56,075 nt of DNA from Octopus bimaculoides (Eukaryota), in the NCBI RefSeq assembly GCF_001194135.2, contig NC_068982.1:130168212-130224286 (forward strand). The letters run 5' to 3'. The notes beneath the pieces are model-generated. The model had not been told where the DNA came from. It did not search any database and saw only the letters and a program-made list of their open reading frames with translations. The translations under genes and the position numbers were made by a program. This document shows positions 38,946 to 51,162 of the stretch, one piece after another (position 1 is the first letter of the stretch; the number at the start of each line of letters is the position of its first letter).

Positions 38946-41487
38946 TATACATATATAGTCTTAAGATAAAAGAAAATATCTTCGTGGCAATGTTTTTTAC
39001 TAATTAGAAGACGACTGACGGCTCCTATGACTTGTAATACTTATTGACTATAGAGATCAATACAGTTATTTAGTTTAAGCGTAAAATTTTAAAACACGAT
39101 TGACTTTATCTAATGAATAAACAATAAAAACGTGGAGAGGGAGGAATTCGCCAGGTAAAGAATCCATTCTGCCGAAGGCATGCGGGCCAGGACTCCAATA
39201 ATCTGAGGACATCTCTCTCTCTCTCTTCACCAGAATAGGAGGCTCTATAAAGAGCCATGAACACACTCTTAAAATTTTTACTTGTAAAGAACTAGTAGTT
39301 GATAAGCTGAAGGTCTGAAGAGAAGCTTAATCTTTGAGACGAAGAATAAGGAATTTTATACTTGAGATTGCAACGTAATGGGGACACATACTGTACATTA
39401 TTTTAGTGTTTGTTGTAACTATTGCAAACAATGTTATTTAATATCAACTGAGATATAAGGCTTGTTGCTGTGTAAATTGTTCAGCATGCGCTAAAACGTG
39501 TGTTGGTAACATTCGATTCATAGACTTCTTCATATATTTTTTACATTTAGTTTTATCTCCTATTTAAAATTAATTTAAAACTAATAATTTTCATATTGAT
39601 TTATTAGAATATAATGATCCCGTAAAAAGTAACGATCGACTATATACAAAATATAGCAAAATTCGTTAATGAAATAGTTCTGTACTCGATGCAGGGGCGG
39701 TAATTCTGATTTATTCTAAGTATGAAAACCATCCCCGCCGCATAGAAAAATATTTCTCTACAAAGATTTATTTAAATTTCATACAGTATTACTAACGACT
39801 TTAGAATAAATTAAAATAAACTATGATGCCGTTTTGATAATTTTAAGAATATAGTACTACTAATATCTAATGAGTGACTAGAAATACTTTCTATATACAA
39901 GAAGTAGATATGCAATCTAGATTATTCTCTTTAATTATTATTAAAAATAATAGAATTTGAGTTTTTCTATGAGATACCTATTTGAGAAAACGGCAAATTC
40001 GTTATCGATCGAAGAAATGTGAATATGTAGATGTTACAGTTAAGTGACAAAGTTCGTATTTGGCAATATACCAGTTAAAATGTATTATTTAAGTTTCCAG
40101 GAAATTGGGACATTGTCATTGAGTTTTATTTTCTTTTAATCTCTTCATAGAAAGGAGAGAGTAATGCTTAAGTCCCTTTACAGTACCCTCAAGTTTGTTT
40201 GTGAAGAGAGTGTGGGGTATCTTTAAATCAGAAAACTGGCTAGCAACAACGGGAAATCATATTCTAAAGGAACTTAAAGACCAAGCGTTGGTGTTTCACG
40301 GGGCGATTGATAAAATAGACCACGGTGAGAGTTGAACTCAGAACGCAGTGAGCCAGAACACACTGAGCAAGGCTTCTCATCCGGCACCCTCACGTCTCTA
40401 GTCCACCGCCCTAGACTAATACTTTATTTATTGACCCCTGAAAGACGAAAGGTACAATTTATTACCCCAACGAGATTTGAATTCAAAAGGTAAGGTGCCG
40501 GTCTATCACACTGAAGAATTTTGAATGCATAACTCTCGTAAGGTTAGCAAATACGCTTTGTAACTTTTCCAATTAGATTCATATGTAACCCGAAGAAAGA
40601 ATTTTTGGAGCAATCTCCCATCCATTGTAATTTTTTGCTAGGTTAGATAGAGACCATTTTTAAATCACAAAGGGGGGAAAAAAGTCACTGTAATGTGACA
40701 GGAGATACACCATAACACAAGTGGTGGAAGCAGAATCCCTCTTTGGTTTTATTTTACTCAACAATACAAACAACAATTTATTATATGACATTGCAAAAAG
40801 CTTGAACGAAGCCGGATATTCTTCCAGCATATGATAAATAGAAAAACTATTGAACTTCAAATTTAATACGATCGTAATACAAGCTAAAAACCACAAAAGG
40901 CAAAAAAAAAAAGGAAGGTGGAGGGGGCTTGGATATTTCAATATTTATCCTTACCTTCTACCATCAAATAATTAGTGAAATATGTAACATAGAGGGGAAC
41001 AACTTTTACAACTTGAAACCGAGTAATAACGTATCAAAATTGTAGAAATAACTTTTAGACATTTATAAGAATGAAGAAAAGAAATAAAACAGTGTAACTA
41101 CTTCTAAATATGAAATATTTAATAAGCAAAAAATGTACTATTGTCTTTTATCCATAAAGCAAATTTTCTTTAACATGAGTGAAAAACAAAAATCAAAAAA
41201 AGAGTGGAATAAACGATGTTCTTTAAAACTAAGTGAACAAGGGAAACTACTTATGCTATTTCGAGTTACCTCCCGTAAATATCCTACATTAAGGCTAACG
41301 ATCCAAAATGTTAACAAAAGTACGTTAACAATTTGTGATCGCATATCAATGATCAGCCCCTTTTGTTGTATGAAATGTATGAATATGAAAGTGCAGCCCT
41401 TAAAATGTAGTCAGGTTAATATCTGCAATGTCAATGTATGTGGTAAGTATATTAAAAACATTAGAGTAAGTAAAGATAAAGCCTTAC

Positions 41488-41583
41488 CTGTCTGACAGAA
41501 TTTATCTGTCCACTGTTTAGGACATATACATTTATTTGGAGCCCCGCATTCGCCCCCATTTTGACAGGGATTGCTGCATACAG
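41488..41583 (-). CDS. EGFL7: EGFL7/8-like exon: EGF-like domain 1
   Basis: Acceptor ctcttttttttaaatatgcag and donor ACAG|gtaagg; 96 nt, phase 1 to 1. Reads (P)VCSNPCQNGGECGAPNKCICPKQWTDKFCQT(D), with six-Cys EGF spacing. Confidence 0.95.
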
Positions 41584-41929
41584 CTGCATATTTAAAAAAA
41601 GAGTAAGTAGAAAATATGTACGACAAAATAATTAATTAATTAATTAATTAATTAATTAATAAAAGCTTATCTCATATATTTCTGTTCGTATTTTAATTTA
41701 TTTTAATTTCAATGCCTCGCAGCGCGATCGGCCAATAGATCATAAAGAAAGATTAACTTTTCATGCTGTAATATAAATAGGATAATGTACTAAAGTAAAC
41801 TTTAAGTAACATTTGTCAAATCTATCATGTCCAAGTTCACATAATTATTCATACATACATACATACATACATACATACATTTGATTATGCGCACATGCAC
41901 ATATGTTGGAATTAATATCTGCACATGTA

Positions 41930-41964
<35 letters not shown>

Positions 41965-42017
41965 GTATATATATGTGTGTGTGGGTATACACACACACAC
42001 ATATATGTATAAGACCA

Positions 42018-42133
42018 GCAAGTTCAGGGGAGTATTTTATCGACCCCGAAAGGATGAAAGGCAAAGTCATCCTCAGAACAAAGACGGATATGCTGATATG
42101 CATTTTGCCTAGCATGTTAACAATTCTGCCATT
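42018..42133 (-). mobile_element. SINE family A fragment
   Basis: TTTTATCGACCCCGAAAGGATGAAAGGCAAAGTC. Confidence 0.75.
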
Positions 42134-42249
42134 TTTCTGCCTTTGTATAAATAAATAAATATATATATATATTAATATATATTAATACATACATGCATGC
42201 ATACATACATACATACATACATACATACATACACACATACAATAATTCT

Positions 42250-43500
42250 CACCCTTCCAAATGAGAACAGAATAATTGTTTCAGGTAGTATAGGCATTTC
42301 AAAGGGAATATTCCAGGGAAATAGTCTTTCTGTACTTCTTTTCATTTTGGCACAGAATCCATTATCGTTCCTACTGCAGAAAACAAATGGTTACATGCAA
42401 GGATCTTCAACTGCTAGAAATATCAATGTATCACTCAGGCAGCATCAACTAAACAACAACAGCAAAAAAAAAAATATTAATGCAATCCTGAAAAGTGAAG
42501 TGAGCAACATTGTACAAGTTGGTAGTGAGCTCCCCAAGAAGCACTCTCTTCCTGATGACCTCCTATACAGCCCCAAAACAGCTGGGCTCTCTTACCTCAG
42601 AGAAGACCTGGATGGAAGGCACTCTGCATACACAAAATAGACTATGCACGGGTATGTTGCCCAGAAGCTTGAAGAAGACAGTAGAATTGACATGAAGTAC
42701 AGCCTCTCTTGGACACAAGACTACTAAATCACATCACACTTTGAAGACTATGTGTTTGCAATCCAGGAACAGGAGATTGCCATGAAGTACCTGGTGAACA
42801 AGAGAGACAGTGATGCTCTTGTAATCCCAAAGTGCAACTGTATGTGTAGACTATGTCATGTTTCTGTGGAAGACATCATGCATGTGATTAGCAGCTGTCC
42901 TAAACTGTTGTTACAGTACGACCTCCCTATGCGGCACGATGTTGTCGCTGAAACAATTTACAGTGTCATCTGCAAAAAAGACTGTCCTGAGATAAACTTA
43001 GAAAATCCCTCTGTTATGGAATACATTCATAAACACCAACTCAAGGAATACTGGTGGATATTTCCATCAAAACTTCTGTCAAATGTAAACATAAAAGGCT
43101 GGGTATTGTTGTTTGGGACAGCGGAGCAAAGGTATGTACTGTCATAGGTCAGCTGCCATGCAGATATAAATACCTCTTTGAAAATCAGATATCTATGGAC
43201 AACTGCTTCGAAACCTCCAACTTCTATATCCAGACTATGAATTCATATTCATACCAATAATAATTGGAATACTAGGTTTTGTTAGTAAATGCTTAAAGGA
43301 GAATCGGGATAAACTGGGATTTTCAGAAAGTGATTGACCGGCTAATTCATACATTAATTCATACATTACAAGTGCAATCTGTGAGTGCATCAGTAAAAAT
43401 ATGCAAATGTGTATTTGTCTGTATTAATTATATCCCAAAGAGGGAGCCTTGTATCTTTGTTGGAAACTGGCTTCCTCCTCAGTGGGAGATTTATAATAAT
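42250..43500 (+). mobile_element. Internally deleted R4/Dong-like LINE (RT piece, CCHC knuckle, restriction-like endonuclease)
   Basis: GIFQGNSLSVLLFILAQNPLSFLL; FAIQEQEI; CRLCHVSVEDIMHVISSC; RHDVVA; IVVWD; LLYPDYEFIFIPIIIGILGFV. Confidence 0.88.
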
Positions 43501-43539
43501 TAAAAAATAGAAAAGATATACATATACACATATAAGAAG

Positions 43540-43820
43540 CTGCAATAGCATTCCTCCGAAGGGTCCCTGAACAAATGTTACTCCACATGTATATCTTGGA
43601 GATCAGGGAGTCTCATGAGGTTAAGTTACTACTCCATCACATTGAGAGGTCACAGCTCTAGTACTATGGACATGTAATTAGAATGTCCCTGGAAAGAATC
43701 GAAAGACATATTCGTCAAGATGAACCAACCTGCAGGAGACATAGGGGTAAACAAAGAATGAGGTAGTTGGTTAATATCCATAGACTCTGTTGGTCACACT
43801 AGAGAATGCAGTTGGAAAGT
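43540..43820 (+). mobile_element. RTE-like LINE C-terminal fragment
   Basis: QL*YYGHVIRMSLERIERHI....RRHRGKQRMR*, matching the L.W.GHV.RM...R.RG.PR.RW pattern. Confidence 0.6.
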
Positions 43821-43848
43821 CTAATGATGATTGGTTCTGATAAGATCT

Positions 43849-43925
<77 letters not shown>

Positions 43926-44199
43926 ACGTATAAATATATATATATAATATATGTATAAATATATATATATATAATATCTGAACCTGAGACTCATTACACT
44001 AACAGTTAAAACCAATCTTATATGAAAAAATCAGCACACACCCTCTGCTCCCATCAAAAGGCAATATGCAGATGTTGTGTGAACTGCAACTGTTGAACAA
44101 CAAGCATTTGTTAGCATGGCCCAAAAGATAGTGTGGCAGATGACAGAAGCAGAGCCAAAATCTTGCATATAATTACACAAAGACTACTACAGATAATGG

Positions 44200-45259
44200 A
44201 CCAGGGTGGCCACCACTGACACAAGGGACACCAACCAAGATATCACACCCATATTCTTACTAAATATTGGAAGTCACTTACAACTTAGTAACAGAGGTAA
44301 AATTCTCTGTCTTAAAGACTTTACTGCATGCAATCAAACAATATGTATGGCACTTATAGAAATAAATCTAACCTCTGACATAAAAGATGCAGAAATACAC
44401 ATGTCAGCAGATGTATTTCATACAGACAGGAGAGAAAGAAGTCATGGTGATGTTGCCTTGTACATCTGAGAACATGATACCCTCCTGGTACTGTTGTTAC
44501 ACTTAAATTCAGTTTCTAATACTTTAATAATACTTATAAAGTAAATATATTTTGTTATATGCACAGCATATCATCCACCAAATATCTCAAAAGATGATGG
44601 TAAATTGAGGATAACTTTTGATTCTCAAAACAGGTATTGACCAACCTGGGCCAATACATCAATGTACACTTGGGTGACTTCAGCCTCCCAAATATTGAAT
44701 GGCCTGAAGATCACATCCTCTCTGCAGAATCATTACTTGAACTTTATTATATGCTGTTCATGGAACAAGTGATTCTTCAGTCAGCCAGGGGCAACAATAG
44801 ATATCTGCTTCACAAATAATATGGACATCATCCATATTATGAAAATGATGATGACAGCTTTCTCAGACCTCAACATTGTAGAACTAATGATATATTGTCC
44901 TCAGTGAACTACAAGTATCTACCCTATGAGATGGACTCAAGCCATATCTAACTTGAATTTCCATGAAGCAGACTAGAACTCTACAAAAAGATTCACAAAC
45001 AAAACTATTTATGCAAGGTAATGACTTAAAACTCAGTCAGTTTATGTTGACAGTACAAGCTAAATGTACTAAATATGTCTCAGAAGTGGGAAAAAAGACC
45101 AGTATACCCAAGAATAAAATCTACAGAGACTAAAATATCCTTAGGAGATGCAGAACAAAGGTCTCAAACTGGCTGAGTATGCAGCTGGAGGATGGTGTAA
45201 AGTCTAACTTATGAAGGACACTCCTAGAAATTGAAAACAAAATCAAATGCTCTAATGAA

Positions 45260-45345
<86 letters not shown>

Positions 45346-45925
45346 AAAGCTGGGGAAAGCATAAAAACAAACTCTAAAACTTTCTATAAATTTGCAAAGA
45401 AAATTTCCATGATACAGTACAAAACAGAACCACTGTTTCAAGGGAATTTCTCACTGACTGCAGACTCATGCTATAATTTATCTGAAGAAAATCCTAGAAG
45501 GGCTAGCACCAAAATTTGGCGTCAAAAGTTATACAAATGTCTGCATTAAATGCCACTGCATAGTACCCAAGGTACTGCCAACTCCTTCTAAAGTGAGGAC
45601 TGCAGAAGCTTACAAGTCAAAGTTTTTTCAATGCACTTTCAAAAGAATTTAAAATCCACACAATGTGGATGTGAAGGTTTTCATTGGATATCCTCTTATC
45701 CATGATACCAGATGAGCCAACAGCAGGAAATACAGACAAGGACAGCTATGTCAAACTCTCTCATATGCCAAGTGAGCCAACAATCAGAAAAAAAGCACAC
45801 GCAAGCGTGGTGATATGGTATACCACCACCCAGAAGAAACCAATCACAGAAAAGGTCTGTCGGAAGGGTAGAAAATCACGGTGGTGCTTCAGCATGACTG
45901 CAGATGCATGGCAGTAATAACGTAT
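44200..45925 (+). mobile_element. Decayed CR1-clade LINE (endonuclease region joined to the 3' end; RT deleted)
   Basis: TDRRERSHGDVALYI; LGDFSLPNIEWP; ICFTNNMDII...FSDLNIV; IKTNSKTFYKFAKK; LDILLSMIPDEPT. Confidence 0.8.
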
Positions 45926-46051
45926 AAAAGAAGGACAATCTATCTAATTATCTGTCTATCTTCTTGCCTGTCTGTCTGTTGTCTGTTATCTGCATGTATG
46001 TATGTATGTATGTATGTATGTATGTATGTATGTATGTGCGTGTGTGTATGC

Positions 46052-46111
<60 letters not shown>

Positions 46112-46273
46112 CTAGAGAAGAATGAAGCTAGTATTCTCAGTAAAATGTGTAATATCAGTGTGTACGACATATGCAAAGTGCTAAAATATTGAGAGAAAAA
46201 TTGAGCATAAGAGGAATCAGATGTAGTGTGCAAGACAGAAAACTGCACTGATTTGTTCCTGTGATTTATATGA

Positions 46274-46935
46274 ATGGGGAAAGCTGCGATGGCTGAAACG
46301 AAGGAACAGCGTGCTTCAGTGAAATTCTGTTTTCTGCTGAGGAAAATAGCGGCCGAAGCAGTTGTCATGTTTAAAACAGTTTACAGGGATGCTTCCATGA
46401 GCAAAACACAAGTTAACAAGTGTTTTTCACGCTTTAGGAATGGTCACTTGTTGCTTGAAGAGCAACTCGTTCAAGGTGACCGTCGACCCCACAAATGAAT
46501 GAAAATATCACGAAAATTCATGAACTTGGAGGACTGTCACTGAACAATTGACGAACTTGTTGAAAAGACTGGTGTGTCATGGAGTTTCTACCAATGGATT
46601 TTGAGCGAGGAATTATGAATGAAAAGCGCTGCAGTAAAATTTGTGCCTCGCTTGCTCACGGAAGATCAAAAGCAGTCACAACTGAATGCGTATCGTGAAC
46701 TGAAAGAACAGTTGGAAGTTGATCCGAACCTTTATTCAAAGGTCATCACTGGTGACGAAAGTTGGTGCTACAGCCACGACCCGGAAACGAAGCAGCAATC
46801 AAATCAATGGAAGCATTCAATGTCACCATACCTCTAAAAAAAGTATTAAGTGAAGTCCAATGTCAAGACGATGCTGATTTGTTTCAGCAACGTGAAAGGA
46901 ACTGTCCACACAGAATTTTTCCTCCTGGTCAACCT
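46274..46935 (+). mobile_element. Mariner transposase 5' two-thirds (same family as 17046)
   Basis: AETKEQRASVKFCFLLRK...; KFVPRLLTEDQK; VITGDESWCYSHDPETKQQSNQWK (first catalytic Asp). Confidence 0.92.
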
Positions 46936-48192
46936 GCGCCTATATATATATATTTCCCTCTTGGCCACGCCTGCGCCCATATATATATATTCGTTATTAT
47001 TATGCAAAATGTCGTAAGCCCAAAACGTTGCTTTTTCAGAAAACGAAAAAATAGTTTCACCATTCCATAACAAAACCGTTGTACTACACTTTGACAATTT
47101 TTGATATTTTGGCATCTGAAGCAGCTGGAGATACGATAGTTTGACGAAAAGAACCGGTTATTGCAAGCAAAAATAGATATTGAAAAAACAACGCATTTGG
47201 CCAAATTTGGATTTACAACAGTTTAACATAATAGCAACGATATATATGTATGTATGCATATGTATTTGTATATATATATATATATATNNNNNNNNNNNNN
47301 NNNNNNNNNNNNNNNNNNNNNNNNNNNNNNNNNNNNNNNNNNNNNNNNNNNNNNNNNNNNNNNNNNNNNNNNNNNNNNNNNNNNNNNNNNNNNNNNNNNN
47401 NNNNNNNNNNNNNNNNNNNNNNNNNNNNNNNNNNNNNNNNNNNNNNNNNNNNNNNNNNNNNNNNNNNNNNNNNNNNNNNNNNNNNNNNNNNNNNNNNNNN
47501 NNNNNNNNNNNNNNNNNNNNNNNNNNNNNNNNNNNNNNNNNNNNNNNNNNNNNNNNNNNNNNNNNNNNNNNNNNNNNNNNNNNNNNNNNNNNNNNNNNNN
47601 NNNNNNNNNNNNNNNNNNNNNNNNNNNNNNNNNNNNNNNNNNNNNNNNNNNNNNNNNNNNNNNNNNNNNNNNNNNNNNNNNNNNNNNNNNNNNNNNNNNN
47701 NNNNNNNNNNNNNNNNNNNNNNNNNNNNNNNNNNNNNNNNNNNNNNNNNNNNNNNNNNNNNNNNNNNNNNNNNNNNNNNNNNNNNNNNNNNNNNNNNNNN
47801 NNNNNNNNNNNNNNNNNNNNNNNNNNNNNNNNNNNNNNNNNNNNNNNNNNNNNNNNNNNNNNNNNNNNNNNNNNNNNNNNNNNNNNNNNNNNNNNNNNNN
47901 NNNNNNNNNNNNNNNNNNNNNNNNNNNNNNNNNNNNNNNNNNNNNNNNNNNNNNNNNNNNNNNNNNNNNNNNNNNNNNNNNNNNNNNNNNNNNNNNNNNN
48001 NNNNNNNNNNNNNNNNNNNNNNNNNNNNNNNNNNNNNNNNNNNNNNNNNNNNNNNNNNNNNNNNNNNNNNNNNNNNNNNNNNNNNNNNNNNNNNNNNNNN
48101 NNNNNNNNNNNNNNNNNNNNNNNNNNNNNNNNNNNNNNNNNNNNNNNNNNNNNAACAGTTTTTTTGTTATATTTCTGCTGCTTTTAAATAAA

Positions 48193-48231
<39 letters not shown>

Positions 48232-48394
48232 TATATAATATTGTTTAATATACACATGATTTAAATTCGAGCTACTATTAACTTCACACCTCTGAAGATA
48301 CCATGTATAGTGCGCCATATATTTCCAAGCTATCATTCATCTCTCACTGGATGAAACACTTTTTTGTTGATACCACCGATAACGGATCAGTATA

Positions 48395-48520
48395 TAATAT
48401 AACATAATATAAAGTAATATAATATAATATAATATGATAAAATATAATGTATAATATGATATAATATAATATAATATAATATAATATAATATAATATGAT
48501 ATGATATAATATAATATCTA
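48395..48520. repeat. (AATAT)n pentanucleotide array
   Basis: Read directly from the sequence. Confidence 0.9.
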
Positions 48521-49195
48521 ATGTAATTTAGTATATATGTATANNNNNNNNNNNNNNNNNNNNNNNNNNNNNNNNNNNNNNNNNNNNNNNNNNNNNNNNN
48601 NNNNNNNNNNNNNNNNNNNNNNNNNNNNNNNNNNNNNNNNNNNNNNNNNNNNNNNNNNNNNNNNNNNNNNNNNNNNNNNNNNNNNNNNNNNNNNNNNNNN
48701 NNNNNNNNNNNNNNNNNNNNNNNNNNNNNNNNNNNNNNNNNNNNNNNNNNNNNNNNNNNNNNNNNNNNNNNNNNNNNNNNNNNNNNNNNNNNNNNNNNNN
48801 NNNNNNNNNNNNNNNNCCTCCCTAAATCACAAAATAAAGCGGGGAAATGTGCCCTATTTTTCAAATCCTGGCAGCAACACTGAAGCTGGAAACAGGATAA
48901 TAATCTAATTCTATACGTTTTAACATTCAAGTATATAAACACCTTTTTAAGCACAACACACGCGGTGTAAAAAAAACAAAAAAAAAACACTACCTTACAC
49001 CCGCCACTGTCGTACACGCAGTACTCTCTCTTCCTAGTGTGAAGCTTCCTATCTCGGACATGTGAGTATGCGCACAACAACTAAACACCGCGTCGCTGGA
49101 ACTGTAAAACGCGCAATTCTATACAAGGATTTTTGTATTTTTTTCATAAACTAGGGGATAGCTACTGACATTAGGTTGAAGGATTATATAATGTA

Positions 49196-49831
49196 GGGGA
49201 GACCGAGTCTAGTTGTTACACGAGTAAGTTGTTACAAGCCCATTGTTTCCAACTTCTCTACCTCGTGAAGGCTAGCTCCATAGCATCATGACTGCACATG
49301 TGTATTGCACTGGCAGGCTGTCACCAGGAAAGGTATGGCTAAAAAAAAAACGATTCTTTACTCCAAAGTGAAATTTTGCCACGAAGTTATTTTCTTAACT
49401 ACTAAAGCACAAGTGGTGTTACTGAAGTAGCTTGTGGCTCATTAAGAAGTGCTGGAAGTTGCCTTCGATACATGAAGGTGTGTCCTAGATGCTCTGCATT
49501 GCTAGTGCTGTGTACGAGGTAATCCCCAGAAATCCATGGCCGGGGCTAATTGTTACAGTATATCAACTTACTCCAGGCATGTAACAACTTATCTCTTCTG
49601 CTTCAGTTTAACACGGCATGCCTAGAAATTACAAAAGGAAGACTACAGGGGCGGGGGCTACCCCTCCTGATGTCATGGAAAGAGCCACCAGAAAAGTTTT
49701 GGATGAAAAGAAATAATTACGGAATGTTACCGTAAAACAGCGCATAGTGGATGAAATAAACGAATGGAAGTTCAAACCAAAGAAGGCAACTGGTACAGAA
49801 AAAAGGCAACAAAGAGAAAGGGAAAGTCAAA
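49196..49831 (+). mobile_element. Pogo/Tigger-like transposon 5' remnant, internally deleted
   Basis: TA followed by a TIR-like GGGGAGACCGAGTCTAGTTG. ATG at 49618 reads MPRNYKRKTTGAGATPPDVMERATRKVLDEKK*LRNV (psq-type HTH start) fused to a Lys-rich C-terminal-like segment. No right TIR found. Confidence 0.65.
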
Positions 49832-50446
49832 GAAATGAAGCAGCAATCAAATCAATGGAAGCATTCAATGTCACCACACCCTAAAAAAGCGCGTCAAGTG
49901 AAGTCCAATGTCAAGACGATGCTGATTTGTTTCATCGATGCGAAAAGAATTGTCTACACTGAATTTTTCATCTTTGTCAAACTGTTAACCTGACGTCTTA
50001 CTTAGCAGTTCTGAAGCGTTTACGAGACGCAGTGAGACGACAGCGCTGCAACCAGTGGCAAAGTGGAAAGTGGTAGTTTCATCACAATGCACCTGCGCAC
50101 ACCGCCTTTAGTGCTAGACAGTTCTTGAACAATGACATGACTCTGCTTATCCACCCTTCCTATTCATCTGATTTTGCACCCTGCAAGTTTCTTTTGTTCT
50201 CCCGAATGAAAAAATCCTTAAAGGAAAACGCTTTGCAGATGTTGAAGGAGTAAAGACAAAACGACGGAGGTGTTAAAAGGTATCACTTCGCAAGACTTCC
50301 TGGACTGCTTCGAACGGTGGGAAACGCTTTTGGGCCGACGCATTGCTTCAAATGGAGAATACTTTGAAGGCGATAAAAGTGTGTAAACATGTAGAACTAA
50401 ATAAAATAATATTGCAAAATTCCAGTTTCTTTTGAGCACCCCCTCG
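49832..50446 (+). mobile_element. Mariner 3' half with right TIR
   Basis: KQQSNQWKHS...KSNVKTMLICFIDA...HPSYSSDFAPC...NGEYFEGD; TIR TTCCAGTTTCTTTTGAGCACCCCCTCG followed by TA. Confidence 0.92.
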
Positions 50447-50510
50447 TATATATAATATAATATAATATAATATAATAAAATATAGATAGATATGTATACA
50501 TGTATGTATA

Positions 50511-50719
50511 TAGGGTGTGGTGACATTGAATGTTTCCATTGATTTGATTGCTGCTTCATTTCCGGGTCGTGGCTGTAGCACCACCTTTCGTCACCAGTAA
50601 TGACCTTTGAATAACGGTCCGGATCAACTTCCAATTGTTCTTTCAGTTCATGATACACATTTAGTCGTGACTACTTTTGATCTTCCGTGAGCAAGCGAAG
50701 CACAAATTTTACTGCAGCG
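50511..50719 (-). mobile_element. Inverted internal mariner fragment
   Basis: ELKEQLEVDPDRYSKVITGDERWCYSHDPEMKQQSNQWKHSMSP on the minus strand. Confidence 0.9.
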
Positions 50720-51076
50720 TGTACATAGGCATGACAGAAGTAAATAGACACCTCATAAACCATCGTTTTATGTTTATTTTAACTTGAAATAGTTTATATC
50801 TTGTATTAATGGACATTTTTATGTTTCAGGTTCTATATCTGACTGTTTAATCATGTCACATACAAAAGAAACCTTGGTACAGTCCAAATTTCAAAGAGGC
50901 TGTGTTGTGGGTCAACCTGTAGGTGGACTTAGCGTAAATCGCAGAAAACCTTGGGATCCCGCCTTATACAGTTAATAGGGTGAATGTGAAATTCACCAGA
51001 GAGGGGAAGGAGTCCACGTCACCTTGCCCAGGATGACCAGGGCCCTCTGACAGGGCCCTTTGCTTTGTTAAGTGAA

Positions 51077-51112
<36 letters not shown>

Positions 51113-51122
51113 NNNNNNNNNN

Positions 51123-51162
<40 letters not shown>

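Noticed and set aside
39195-39256. CCAAT plus TATA-like site within the GGCTCT/AGAGCC hairpin
   Set aside because: Imperfect TATA; such short motifs are expected by chance in AT-rich DNA.
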